This document shows positions 13,541 to 25,916 of a stretch of 64,000 nucleotides of DNA, one piece after another. The position numbers and the translations under genes were made by a program. The stretch is taken from assembly GCF_009914755.1 (NCBI RefSeq), contig NC_060926.1. The stretch is one strand, 5' to 3'. The notes below the pieces were generated by a model, which was given only the letters and a program-made list of their open reading frames with translations, had not been told where the DNA came from and ran no database searches. This DNA is from the human T2T-CHM13v2.0 reference genome, Homo sapiens. The number at the start of each line of letters is the position of its first letter. Position 1 is the stretch's first letter.

Positions 13541-13819
13541 TAGGTCTGGTATATTTTAACTTGTATAAGGCAGAAACAAATACCCGACGATCTGAGTGCT
13601 TCCTGGAAGTCTGTCTCCTGTTACTCAGAAGTCCACATTGCTATGTGCAAAATCACTGCCTGACACTATCAAGTGCCCCAGCCCTGAAGCAGCTGCAGCT
13701 GTGGTTTAAAGCTCTCTACTTGCTGCCTTCCTGGGGCATTTTTTTTTTTTTGAAGAGATACCTGTACTCCCATATTTATTGCAGCACTATTTGCAATAGC
13801 CAGGATTTAATAATCCATT

Positions 13820-14000
13820 TTAGTGGATCCAGTTTTTCTGGGGACTCAAAACTGATACATTTAGTGGGTTCTTTAAGAAAAATAATATAGACATTATGGA
13901 TATAGAAGTAGGTAGGAAAATAAATATTTTAAGAAGGAAAGGATATAACAAAAACTGTGAGTTATAAGAAGTTGACAAATATAAACATTATGATAATTTT
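13820..14000 (+). mobile_element. MER53-related hAT fragment
   Basis: GTGGATCCAGTTTTTCTGGGGACTCAAAACTGATACATTT...TCTTTAAGAAAATAATA resembles the MER53 5' end. Confidence 0.5.
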
Positions 14001-14044
14001 AAATGTATGTAACCACAAAAGCAGCTTTTGTTTTTAATTTCCAC

Positions 14045-14492
14045 ACATTGCTTTCTTATAGTTGCTCTAACAAAGAACCACAAATATAGTTGCTTAATAC
14101 AGCACAAATTTATAATCTTACAGTTCTATGGGTCAGAATTCCAAAATCAGTTTTCTTGGGCTTAAATCAAGATGTTGGCAGGGTTGTGTTGCTTCTTAAG
14201 GCTCTAGGGAGAATTCATTTTCTTGCCTTTTCCAGCTTTTTAGAGGCTGGTTGTGGGCCCACATGGCTCTAACTTCTGTTTCTATTGTCACATCTCCTTA
14301 TTTGACTCTCACCCCTCTTGCCTCACTCTTATAAGGACACTGTGATTACACTGGGCCAAGTAGATAATCCAGGACAGTCTCTCCATTTCAATGTCTATGG
14401 CCTTAATTACATCTTCAAAGTCCCTTTTGCCATGTATGTTTCCTGGGATTAGGTGGTGGACATCTTTGGGGGCCCATTCTTCAGCCTGCTGC
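14045..14492 (-). mobile_element. MLT1C/D solo LTR (MaLR)
   Basis: Ends GGACATCTTTGGGGGCCCATTCTTCAGCCT, the reverse of the MLT1 5' end. Confidence 0.85.
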
Positions 14493-14754
14493 GTGCCTTC
14501 TTCACACCACTTTCATTACTCACCCTTTTGAACTCAGACATTGCTGGTAGCTCAGGCTCTGGGTACACCTGACAAGTATGCACACACTTGACAGGTATTT
14601 GAGAGCTGGGATCCTTTCTTGAGATCAAGTTTAGCATCTGACTAGCACCTCTGCTGCAGGTGGGAGTGGGAAGCTCAAGACAACATTGCGCCAGAGAGCC
14701 ATCAGATGCCTGGGAATTGGGCTTGTCCAGACCTCAGCTTCTCTTCTTGACTTC

Positions 14755-15132
14755 TGATATGGTTTGGCTGTGTCCCCATCCAAATCTTGTCTTGAATTGT
14801 AATTCCCATAATCCTCACATGTCATGGGAGGAAGCTAGTGGAAGGTAATTAAATCATGGTGGCAGTTACCCCCATGCTGCTGTTCTTATGATTGCGAGTG
14901 AGTTCTCACAAGATGATCGTTTTATAAGGGGCTTTTTCCCCTCCTTTTCTCTGCACTTCTCCTTGCTGCTGCCATGTGAAGAAGGACATGTTGCTTCCCT
15001 TTCTTCCATGATTGTAAGTTTCCTGAAGCCTCTCCAGTCTTGCAGAACTGTGAGTCAATTAAACCTCTTTCCTTTATAAATTACCCAATCTTGGGTATGT
15101 CTTTATTAACAGCGTGAGAATGGACCAATACA
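14755..15132 (+). mobile_element. THE1C/D solo LTR
   Basis: TGATATGGTTTGGCTGTGTCCCC...GGACCAATACA; TSD ACTTC/ACCTC. Confidence 0.95.
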
Positions 15133-15894
15133 ACCTCCATAGTGCTTGGTAGTCCAGGAGTCTTTCCAATTCATGCTCTGCTGGCTGCCAAGCACTTCCT
15201 CCTCCTAGGGCCTGCCACACTTCTCATTCTTGGCCAGCCTCCCAATGGCCTGGAATAAGCCCACCTCCTTTACCCTCCCTCCATACTGCCTGACTCTGAG
15301 CACCCCAGAGTCCCACTCTCCGCAATGAATTCCCGGCCGAGTACCTCCAGGCTGCTTTCTTGGCCAAAATGTCATTAGGGGGAACCCTGCTCACTGTCAC
15401 ATGTTCATCTTGCCTCCCTGAACAGAAACACTCTCAACAGCCCCTCTTCCAGCCTGTTCTCCTGTCCACCCAGCTTCAAATGTTCTATGTGTTCAGCGTG
15501 CTCCCTGGAGTCACTCCACCACCTGGCTCACCAGTCCTAAGAACCATAGCTCAGGCAGGGTACTGTGTCTTTTCATGCCATTGCTGGACCACTGGATGTA
15601 GGTGCTCTGAGGGAAGGGGTACAAGTGCCTCATACACAAAGTGGGGCTGGCCTGCCAGTAAGATACCCTGGGCCTTTGGCTGGTGCATTTCTTCCATTGC
15701 CATCTTCTTGCTATAAACCCTCATAGACAACATTCTGGGATGTGACCTTGGGTAAATGGGCTCTATTCAGGGTCCTCCCTGCTAGTCCTTCTTCTCAGTT
15801 TTCTCAGTTCCCATCCACACCCAGCTAAAAGCTCTGATCTCTTCTTGTTTTCCTGCCACAATTAATGAGGATGTAGTCACCCTTTAGATTAGGG

Positions 15895-16242
15895 CCTACA
15901 AACGGAGTGTTTATGCTCCCCACCTTCAAATTCATATGTTAAAATCCTAACCCCAAGGTGATGGTGTTAGAAGGTGAGGTATCTTGGTAGGCTGTGCCCT
16001 TATGAATAGAATTAATGTCCTATAAAAGAGACCCCAGAGAGATTCCTTGTCCCTTCTACCATATGAGGACACAGCATGATGGTGCCACCTATAAGATAGA
16101 AAGTGGTCCATCACCAGATACCAAATCTGTTGGCACCTTGACCTTGGACTTCCTAGCCTCCAGAACTGTGAGAAATGTTTGCTGCTTATAAGCCACTCGG
16201 TTTATGGTGTTTTGGTGATAGTAACCTGGATGAACTAAGACA
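15895..16242 (+). mobile_element. MLT1A0-like solo LTR
   Basis: AAATTCATATGTTAAAATCCTAACCCC...CCTCCAGAACTGTGAGAAAT...AACTAAGACA. Confidence 0.85.
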
Positions 16243-16263
16243 GAGCCCAAAACCTTCAGTAAC

Positions 16264-16641
16264 TGATATGGTTTGCCTGTGTCCCCACCCAAATCTCATC
16301 TTGAATTGTTGTTCCCATAATCTCCATGTGTTGTAGGAGGGACCAGGTGGAGATGGAGATAACTGAATCATGGGGGTGGTTTCTCCCATCCTGTTCTCAT
16401 GATAGTGAGTGAGTTCTCACAAGAGCTGATGGTTTTATAAGGGGCTTTCCCCCATTTTGCTCTGCACTTCTCCTTGCTGCCGCGATGTGAAGAAGGACAT
16501 GTTTGCTTCCTCTCTGCCATGACTGTAAGTTTCCTGAGGTTTCCTCAGCCCTATGGAATTTTGAATCAATTAAAACTCTTTCCTTTTTAAATTACCCAGT
16601 CTTGGGTATGTCCTTATAGCGTGTGAGAATGGACTAATACA
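16264..16641 (+). mobile_element. THE1C/D solo LTR
   Basis: TGATATGG...GGACTAATACA; perfect TSD GTAAC (16259-16263, 16642-16646). Confidence 0.96.
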
Positions 16642-16854
16642 GTAACATAAGTCTTGTCTTCCCCAAATAGGGCATAGTTGGCCACTCAGATGCATGATGC
16701 ATTATCTTCTAAGCAGCAAAAACCACATTGCATTTTGAGATAAAAAACAGCTTGACTATTCCTATCCTAATTTATAGATCCCACTTTCTCACCCTCAGGA
16801 AAATGAGGATGAATGACTATCCTCTCTCACTTCCACACATTCTTAAGGCTGTTC

Positions 16855-17160
16855 TTTATTTTAGTGTGTAAAAATTTGCTCAGCATTATATAATCATTAA
16901 CCAAATATAACGAGAGGAAAAATTCACTCATGACACCACTATCATCCCTGACAAATTAAACTATGTTGATTTTTTCCCATGTTCCCTTCCAGTTTTGTCC
17001 CCATGAACATATAATTTAAAGAGTTTTAATCATAGTGTAGCTATCATTTTGTGTTCTGCATTTTCCACTTAGCATTAATTATATCATAAGCATTTTTTCA
17101 TGTTGCTGCAAAGTCATCGTAATTATCATTTTTAATGACTGTATAAGAATTCATCAAGAG
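16855..17160 (-). mobile_element. Ancient L1ME fragment
   Basis: TTTTGTGTTCTGCATTTTCCACTTAGCATTA...TCATTTTTAATGACTGTATA. Confidence 0.6.
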
Positions 17161-18292
17161 GGGAGTAGATTTTTTAACCCTTGTCCTGCTGTGGGGCCCT
17201 TTGTGACTCTTTTGATCTGTTTCTCCTTTGGGGTTGGCCTCGATGTCATCTCTACCTGCTTTCCCTGGGTGAGGGAGAGGGGGAGCCCAAGCAGCCAACA
17301 GGGTGGGGCTAGGGAGGAGAAGAAAAACCACAGAGGAAGGAGCAAGCAAAGAGCATGGAAGGAAACCTGCTGTGTACACATTCACAGTTAAGCCTCCTAA
17401 AAGCAATAACTAGAAGGAAACCTGGCCTTTACCTGGTTAAGCCCCTTCACTAATCATTATTTTTGAGAAGACAGTTCTTTGGAGGGACCTTCCACACCTG
17501 ATAGAAAGGTAGCTGTTGGAAACTGTTTGCAAAAATAAGTTTATTATATCAGTTTTAACTTTCCTAGCCATCAGAATCAACTCCCAGATGCTATTCTAAA
17601 TTCCATAAACATAGGTACAATTTTTGTTAATCAAATGTTTAGTGCTGATTAGAGCTTATGTGATAACTTGAGAGGATTTAAATGGTGACAGTATCTCTTA
17701 AAGTTCTGTGAACACCAGGTCCACAAGATGCTCTACAAAACAAGGGCTGCTTTGAGAAACAATGTTTGGAAATAGTGATGCTTCCTGCTTGATCCCCCTC
17801 TTCGATATCCACAATGCCCCTTCATATATTCAATGCTCTGAGAAGTTCCGCAGGAAGGAAAACTGCTTAACTTTGGTTGACCTTTTGTTTCCCAAGGCTG
17901 CAGGGCCCTTCCTTCATAGGGTAGCTCCACTGGTCAGAATCTGCTCAGGAAAATAGAAGGCTTCTAAGAAATTCAGATTGAAGACAGAGATCTAGTTTAA
18001 AAAGTTGGTGTGATCTAGAGATTCACAATGACAGTAAGTAGCCAAAGCGTGGACATGGAGTTACAGAACCTGGAAACACACTTGTTTCTGCAATCCTGGG
18101 GGTAATTCACAGGGTGCTGAGACCAAAAAGAGAGATGCAGAGTGTGGTGGGACCCAGCAGATGGTGGGGCAACTGGGGAGGTGCTAAGCCTAGTGCTGGG
18201 ATGCAGAAAGAGGCTTGAGCAATGTGTCCTGGATCTATGGGAGGCCCCTGGACCCCACAGCCCTCTGCTACTCCTGGAGGGGTGTTGCTGTC

Positions 18293-18905
18293 TGTGGTAG
18301 GCAGAGTTTTGGCCCCCATGATCTCTGCCCTCTGGTATTATGACCATGAATACATCATGCTACTTGGAGAAAAGGGCCTTGCAGATGTAATTAAGGTCAC
18401 TAGTCAACTGGCCTTATGATTGGGAGAATATCCTGGCTGATCTGGTGTGGGCACAACATACGTAATCATACGAGCCCTTCAAAGTGAAAAAGCAAAGCAG
18501 AGCAGGGAGTCAGAGAGGTTCACAGCATAACAGGATTCAATATGCCATAGCTGGCTTCAAAGACAGAGGAAGGGGCCATGAGCCATGGAAAGTGGGCAGC
18601 CTCTAGAAGCTGAGAAGAATCACCAGCTGACAGCAGCAAGTAAATTCAGGGACCTCAGTCCTATAACCTCAGGAAACTGAATTCTGCCCACAACCTACCA
18701 GAAGAGGTGGAAGTAGATTCTCCCACAGAGCCTTCAGGTGGGAGCCCAGGCTGTCCAACACCTTGATTTTGGCCGTGTGAGACCCAAAGCTGAGTACCCA
18801 ACTGAGCCCACTGGACTTCTACAGAACAGTGAGATAATAACTACATGTTGTTTTAAGCCACTGAGTTTGTGGTAGATTGTTCCAGCACAATAGAAAATTA
18901 ATCCA
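18293..18905 (+). mobile_element. MLT1E-type solo LTR
   Basis: TGTGGTAGGCAGA...TTGCAGATGTAATTAAGG...TTTTAAGCCACTGAGTTTGTGGTA. Confidence 0.88.
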
Positions 18906-18926
18906 TCCTACCATCTAATCACCCAT

Positions 18927-19294
18927 CATATTAGTCCATTCTCATGCTGCTATAAAGAACTTCCTGACACTTGGTAGTTTATAAAGGAAAGAGGTTTAAT
19001 TGACTCACAGTTCTGCATGGCTGAGAGGCCTCAGGAAACTTACAATCATGATGGAAGGGGAAGCAAACATGTCCTTCTTCACAGGATGGCAGGAAGGAGA
19101 AGTGCTGAGCAAAGGGGGAAAAGCCCCTTATAAAACCATCAGATCTCTTGAGAACTCACTGTCATGAGAACAGCATGGAGGTAACCACCCTCATGATTCA
19201 ATTACCTCTCACTGGGTCCCTCCTGTGATGTATAGGGATTATGGGAAGTACAATTCAAGATGAGATTGTGTGGGGACATAGCCACACCATATCA
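18927..19294 (-). mobile_element. THE1C/D solo LTR
   Basis: ATTAGTCCATTCTCATGCTGCTATAAAG...GCCACACCATATCA. Confidence 0.94.
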
Positions 19295-19604
19295 CTCGCC
19301 ATTCCCCACCCTCATATAATCCAACTGGAAGCCCACTGGCAAGAGGGTCTGGGAAATGTAGTTTATGGGGTCCCAGATCCTCCATAATTCAGTACAGAAG
19401 GGTGGGAGTAAAGGCTAAAAGCACATGGGCGGGTCTCTTGGACAGCATCTGTTAGCATTTGGTGGATGAATATTAGGAAAACTATTTTGGGGGATTCTGC
19501 CTTATGATATAGTAGAGTTGGGCTTTTTAAATGGATACTTTGAGACCTTCCATAAAATGCATGAAGATGATATATTTATGCCCCTTTTTATAAGATGGCC
19601 AAAG

Positions 19605-19780
19605 GGGTGCAGTAAGATGTAGGGGAGAGAACACCACAGACTGGAGGTCAGATCCTGGCTCTGCTACTAACTCATTGGGTGGCTCTGAGTCCCTCACCTG
19701 CCCAGGGCTTCTGGTTCTGCTTGTGTGGAGTGCAGGGAGCTGACTAAAGCACCTTCCAGGCAAGCTCTAAAGTTCTGCAG
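19605..19780 (+). mobile_element. MIR3-like fragment
   Basis: GATCCTGGCTCTGCTACTAACT...CCTTCCAG...CTCTAAAGTTCTG. Confidence 0.55.
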
Positions 19781-20999
19781 CTTGGGGAATAATTTTACTC
19801 TTTTGAATGATGTGTGTTCTATTTAAGTGATTGTAGTCATGGCTATGACTATTTGATGCTGAATTCTTGATGAGAACAGAACTCCCAATCATGAGATTGT
19901 TGCTAAGGGAAAATATCAGTTGGCAGTCATCTGCTTGCCATTATGGGAAAAAAGGATAGTGTCAATAATGATCGTCTCTGGTCCCAAGCGACTTGAGGGG
20001 CCCCCAATGTGGGCTGGCATAAGATCAATTTTCCTTGATAGACAACTGGTGTCCATGCTGTGTAACCTCTGTGCTGCTTGCTGTCGGGGAAATTAGAGCA
20101 AGGAATTGTATAATCCTAGGCTTCAAGGAGCTTCTCATCTCATTGAGGAGACAAGATGAACATCAGGAAATGACTGGATAATGACAGAAATGAATAGAGC
20201 CCCATTTTAAATTATATCACAGCTTTATGTCCACTTCCTGTTCCTGCCATCACTGGGCTTTTTACAAAGGAGGGCTTTCCTTTTATCTGTCTAGATTACA
20301 GAAAGAGGCACAGATCTCTGTGCAGCAGTGGTTCAGAGCTGGGTTTTACTGGCCTTTGCGTTCTTCCTTAGTTCTTACTGGGAACTTCTTGGTGAAGATA
20401 TGAACATCTTTCATGATAGTTTCCCATAGCGTGTGAAACATAGCTTGCCACCCACCTTGAGCAGATTGCTTTTTTTTTTTTTTTGAGGCATTTGAAAGTA
20501 AAACAAAGTACCCTGCCATTAATGGAAAGCTAGAATTATTTTCTATCTGCTTGTACTTCTGACAGGTTGGTTGATGCTGTCACTGGCTGAGTGTACTTTT
20601 TCAAAATGCATCTATTTAGCTCGTTACTCCTGGGTGGATAAATTCCTAATGCTCCTCTTTGACATGTTCTTTGCTGGTGCCAACAAAGCAATGATGCCGT
20701 GCTCTCTATACAGCCTTATTCTGGGAGTGTTGCCCACAGTGTAGAAGTAACAGCCCTGCCTTCCAAGAACTTGCACATCTGCCCAGGTGGCTGAAACTTT
20801 CATTTTGCACCTGGATTTCTAGGGGTCACAGAGATATGGCCTCTGAGTTTCAGGCTTCTTTGATGTTAGAAGCGCTGTTACATACTGCACATTCAATGTT
20901 TCCTTTTCTTTCCTGGGAGACTGTGTGGTTTTGGAAACTTTCAAAATAGGGCATGGAACAAATTTTGTCTTAACTCTCAGAGGGCCACTGGTTCTCTAT

Positions 21000-21235
21000 G
21001 ATAGTGTGGAATAATAGTACGGAATTGGGGGGTGCTACCTGGCATTGAGTTCTGATTCCAATATTTCTTTGGTCAAGTTTGTTAACTTCTCTAGGACTCA
21101 GTTTTCCCATATGTGAAGTGGGAGGACAAACAACCTGATAGTGTTGTTATGAGGATTAAATTAAATGATGCACCTTAAATAATGCAGCTTAACCCAGTGC
21201 CTGGTATATGATAAGTGCTTAATACATGTTATTTT
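21000..21235 (+). mobile_element. MIRb
   Basis: AACTTCTCTAGGACTCAGTTTTCCCATATGTGAAGTGGG...GTGCCTGGTATATGATAAGTGCTTAATA. Confidence 0.8.
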
Positions 21236-21239
21236 TCAA

Positions 21240-21400
21240 TATTATCATCTTCACGATCATGATCATCATCACCAGGGCCATCATTGCCATTATCACTATG
21301 TCCACGCGTCATCACCAAGATCACCATCATCATCATTGCCACCATCAACTTTATTTCATCACCATCATCCTCACCAACACCATTGCACCAGCAGCAGCAC
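21240..21400. repeat. Degenerate (CAT/CAC)n trinucleotide repeat
   Basis: Directly visible; follows the MIR tail. Confidence 0.9.
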
Positions 21401-21812
21401 CCTGCCCTCCCAGATCCTCTTTCTAGGCAGCCGATATGTAGCCATATCTGGCAATGAGGCAGATCCCAGGCTCCTGCTTTGCCCTAGCCTTTGCTGTAGC
21501 CACTGTACCTGTGCGGAGGAGTGTGAATCCCTTCCTTCCTCCAGCCATGATGCATGGCCCCTTCTTTGCTCTCCCTCTTTTCATCGTTCTCTATTTGTCT
21601 GGGGTCCACACATTCTGCCTGACATTGGCCAGCTCCTCTTGAGAGGCTGGATCTTTCCATGGTCCAGTTGCTGGTCAGGCTGTGGCTGGAGGGTGGTCCT
21701 CTGAGCCTTGCTGCTGCTGCCTGTTGAACTCTGAGAACTGGCTGCTTCCTAGACTCATATCATTGTGGATTTAGGCCATGCCTGTGCAGATTTCACTCTT
21801 TGAGAACCTGGT

Positions 21813-22376
21813 TTTAGGGAGTTTGAGGGATTCTGGGGCTGATCAAGAAAGGAAAAAGATATGACTGCCACGTGGTAGTGGCACATGCAAGCTTTATTCA
21901 GGTGACACCCTGACAGGCTGGCATGCAGGGGAAGTCCCTCGCAGCATGAGACTTTGCCCAGAGGCTATGGTTTAGGGTCATTCCTCAGAAGGGTATGAGG
22001 GCAAGGGAGCTTCCAGAGGAATGGGGACTTGGAGAGGGGTCTTAGATGTCTACATGAAGTTTCTCAGCAGTCTGGAGGGGAATCTTTGGGTCAGAGACCT
22101 CCAAAGGGTGGCAGTGACTAGGGGTCTTCATAGCCCTGGGGTTTATCTTATGTATGGCTAGCAGATACTGGGTGCAGTTTTGCAGGGCATGCAAAGCAGT
22201 CAGACTGTAAATGGCTATAGATATGGTTATTTGGGTTATGTTGAAAACAACTGAATGTGTAAAAATTTGAGTTTCTTATCAGTAGGCTTTTGAGCTAACA
22301 AGTCTTAGCTTCTGTAAAGAAGTCAACAACCTAGGGGCCAATATACAGAGGCCCTCTTTGGCTTGTTTAGGTAACA
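21813..22376 (-). mobile_element. MER74A-like ERVL solo LTR
   Basis: Reverse of TGTTA...AGCCAAA...GGCCTCTGTATATTGGCCCCTAGGTTGTT...; TSD CTGGT/CTGGC. Confidence 0.85.
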
Positions 22377-22480
22377 CTGGCTCATTGGCCTGCCCCCTGG
22401 TAGAGCTCAGGCTCTGTGTCCCACCTGCTCCCTGGCCATCCTCATCCACTCCAGTCTCCTCTCCTTAAAAACAATTATTA

Positions 22481-22784
22481 GGCTGGACATGGACATGGTG
22501 GCTCATGACTATAATCCCAGCATTTTGGGAGGCTGAGGAGGGAGGATCACTTGAACTCAGGAGTTGGAGACCAGCCTGGGCAGCAGAGTGAGGTCCCATT
22601 TCTCCAAAAATTAAAAAATTAGCTGGGAGTGGTAGCACATGCCTATAATCCCAGCTACTCAGGAGTCTGAGGTGGGAGGATCGCTTGAGCCCGGGAGGTA
22701 GAGGCTGCAGTGAGCCTTGATGGCATCATTGCAGTCCAGCCTGGGTGACAGAGAGAGACTGTCTCAAAAAGAAGAAAAAAAAAA
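22481..22784 (+). mobile_element. AluJ
   Basis: GGAGGATCGCTTGAGCCCGGGAGG J-type positions; A-tail. Confidence 0.95.
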
Positions 22785-22799
22785 CAGCTTAAAAATCAT

Positions 22800-22960
22800 A
22801 TGACAGATAATATACTATGTACTTCAAGTATATCATCTTATTTAATCCTTTCAATCCTATGAAGCAGATACTCCTATTATACCTATTTTAGGCATAAGGA
22901 AATGGAATCTTAGAGAAATTCAGTGATTTGCACAAGGCCTGTTATTGGAAAGCACAGTGA
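22800..22960 (-). mobile_element. MIR fragment
   Basis: CTTATTTAATCCT...ATTTTAGGCATAAGGAAATGGAATCTTAGAGAA...GATTTGCACAAGG. Confidence 0.7.
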
Positions 22961-23876
22961 CTCAAGCTGCTTAATTTTGTGGGGTCACAGGACACAGCAT
23001 GAAGATGTCTGATAACTGTACTCCATGTAAACTGGTGTTCTCCCAGGAGTTTTCCTACATAATCCTGGAGGTACAAAGGCATCACATTCAGTTATCAGCC
23101 ATGTTTTCTTATTGTTGCCATTACATGTTATATAAGACTCCAGTCCCTTGCAGGTATTTATGAAAGTTTTGGAGAAGTTGACAAAGGCAGCTTTGTTTAC
23201 AAGACTGATGAGCTGTGGTGGAATGGTGACCCCAGTAAGGTGCTCTGCTTTTGCTGGGAACCATCACTCCTGCCAGGCTTGTCTTATTTTGGGGTATCAG
23301 GAGCACTTCTACTTGCTACTCCAGCTCCTGCTGGGCATGTCTCCACTTCCTCCATCCCCTGCCTTGTATTGAAGTTGTCACAGGTATCTTGGAGCCCTAG
23401 AGATGCTCAAGGTATGGGGAGGCCCAGGAAGGCTTGGATGGTAAATCCAGTGTCAGACCAGGAGGGATGCCTGATGGCCTCTCTCTGGGGCTTTGTTCTT
23501 GGCTGAGCATGGCATGATGGACTTCCTCTGAGCCCATCCCTGTAGGTCCACAGCATCACCTGCAAATGAGTTTCTTGCAGGAGTTTGCAAGAGGAGAAAG
23601 ATTTTGGTACAAAAAACATTGCACTATTCAGGCTGACCACCTTCCTGCTGTGACAACGGCGAAAGGCAACACATTAAGATTCGGCACCAAGAAAGAGTAT
23701 GCTGACATATGCCTATTAAGTTAGCCTGATCCACCCTGCCACCGAGGCTTATCTACCAGTAAAGGATCTATGGAAATGGCAAGATCGTCTGACCGTCTTC
23801 ACTTGGTCTGAACCTGCTCTGCCTTCAAACTGTTCCACTCTGTATTTTGCCCTGGACCCCCGGGCCCCTCCACTTG

Positions 23877-24220
<344 letters not shown>

Positions 24221-24326
24221 TGAAGGAAGTGGGTCTAGGCCTGTTCTCCTCATTGACCCTATGGGCCAAACTGGTCCTCTCAATGTAGAGAGGGCATTTG
24301 GATGAACACCCAGGGTATATCTGCTG

Positions 24327-25087
24327 TGTATTAGTTTGCCAGGGCTGCTGTAAAAAAGCACCACAGGGTGGGGGGCTGAAACAGCAGGAGTTTATTTCCT
24401 CCCAGTTCTGGAGGCTGGAGTTCCAAGATCAAGGTGTCAGCAGGGCTGTTTCTTCTGAGACCTCTCTCCTTGGTGTGTAGATGGCCATGGACTGCATAGC
24501 ATCCCCCTAAATTCATATGTTGAAGCGCTAGCCATCAGTGTGATGATATTGGGAGATGAGGCCTTTGGGAGGTGATTAGGTTTAGAAGAGGTCATGAGAG
24601 TGGAGCCCCCCATGATGAGCTTAGCTCCCTTATAGGAAGAGACACCAGAGAGCTCTCTCTCCCGGCCATGTGCCCCATCCATCTGCCTGCACCTGGGGCT
24701 ATGTGAAGGCACAACCAGAAGGCAGCCTTCTGCAAACCAAGGAGAGAGCCCTCACCAGATACAGACCCTGCTGGACTTCCAGTTTCCAGAACTGTGAGAA
24801 ATAAATCCCTGTTGGTTAAGTGCCTGGTCTATGACATTTTGTTGGAGCAGTCCAAGCTGTCTTCTCCCTGTATCTCCACATGGTCTTCCATTGGTGCATG
24901 CTTATTCATGTCCTAATCTCTTTTTATAAGGACATGGGTCATATTGGATTAAGGCCCACCCCAATGTCCTCATTTAACCTTCATTACCCCTTTAAAAATC
25001 TCATCTTCAAACACAGTCGCATTCTGAAGTCCCGGGGTTTAGGACTGCAGCATATGAATTTTGAGAGGACACAGCTCAGCCCATAAC
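24327..25087 (-). mobile_element. MLT1B solo LTR split by an inner MLT1A
   Basis: TGTATTAGTTTGCCAGGGCTGCTGTAA...GTAGATGGC [insert] TCTTCTCCCTGT...CAGCTCAGCCCATAAC. Confidence 0.85.
24483..24859 (+). mobile_element. MLT1A LTR nested antisense in MLT1B
   Basis: AAATTCATATGTTGAAGC...GGGAGGTGATTAGGTTTAG...CCAGAACTGTGAGAAATAAAT. Confidence 0.85.
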
Positions 25088-25169
25088 CCTGCCATATGCT
25101 TTGGCCAGGTTCACCGGGAGGTCTCCAGTGCCAGGCCCCTGGTCATGGATGAGGGCCCATGGCTCCTTT

Positions 25170-25805
25170 CTCTTAACACAGAAGCTGGAGTGGTCCTGTT
25201 TAAACCTGAGTCAGATCACATTACTCCTCTGTCCAGTGTTTTCCCATCTCATTTAGGGTAAAAACCAGAGTCTCGCAGTGGTCTTTGGGGCTTTATGTGG
25301 TTCTCCTCCTCCTCTACCTTAACCTTACTTCCTTCTCTTCTCCACCTGATCACTTTGCCCTGGCCATGTGGGCCTCCTCACTGTGGCTGCAGCACATAAG
25401 GCCTGAGGCTGCCCCAGGGCCTTTGCACTTCTGGTTTCCTTTGCCCTGAATACTTTCCCCCCATTCATCTGTACCTGGCTCTTTTCTCCTTCTCCCCTCA
25501 GGTCTTTCCTCAAAAAACTTGAAGACTTTCTTTTCTATCACATTTAACTCACTCTCCCCTCCTCTAAAATTTCATTTCTTTCCTGCTTTACTTTTTTCTC
25601 CTCCCTTTTACTGCCATCAAACATGCAAAACATTTATTTCACTTATGTATCAAGTTTCTTGTCTGTCTCCCCACTCAGAATGCCAATTCCATGGGGCAGG
25701 GACTTGGATTTATCCATAGTGGTATCTCCAGCACCTGGAATAGTGCCTGGTGCCTGGTGTGTAGTCAACACTCAGTAGATACTGGTTACATGAATGAATA
25801 AATTC
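25170..25805 (+). mobile_element. L2a 3' end
   Basis: GTCAGATCACATTACTCCTCTG...GGGCCTTTGCACTT...CCAGCACCTGGAATAGTGCCTGG...TGAATGAAT. Confidence 0.88.
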
Positions 25806-25916
25806 ACACAGAGTGTGAGGGACATTACAACATGGCTAGCATTCTTCCTTGTGCCATCATAATTCTTGGGATTGTGGGGGTTTTTGACGGGGAGGGACCC
25901 CAGTCATCATCTCAGT

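Noticed and set aside
14755-16641. Two direct THE1 LTRs as one provirus
   Set aside because: Each LTR has its own TSD (ACTTC/ACCTC; GTAAC), and the 1.1 kb between them is unique DNA plus MLT1A0, not THE1-int
21226-21704. His-rich ORFs
   Set aside because: Translation of a (CAT/CAC)n repeat at a MIR tail
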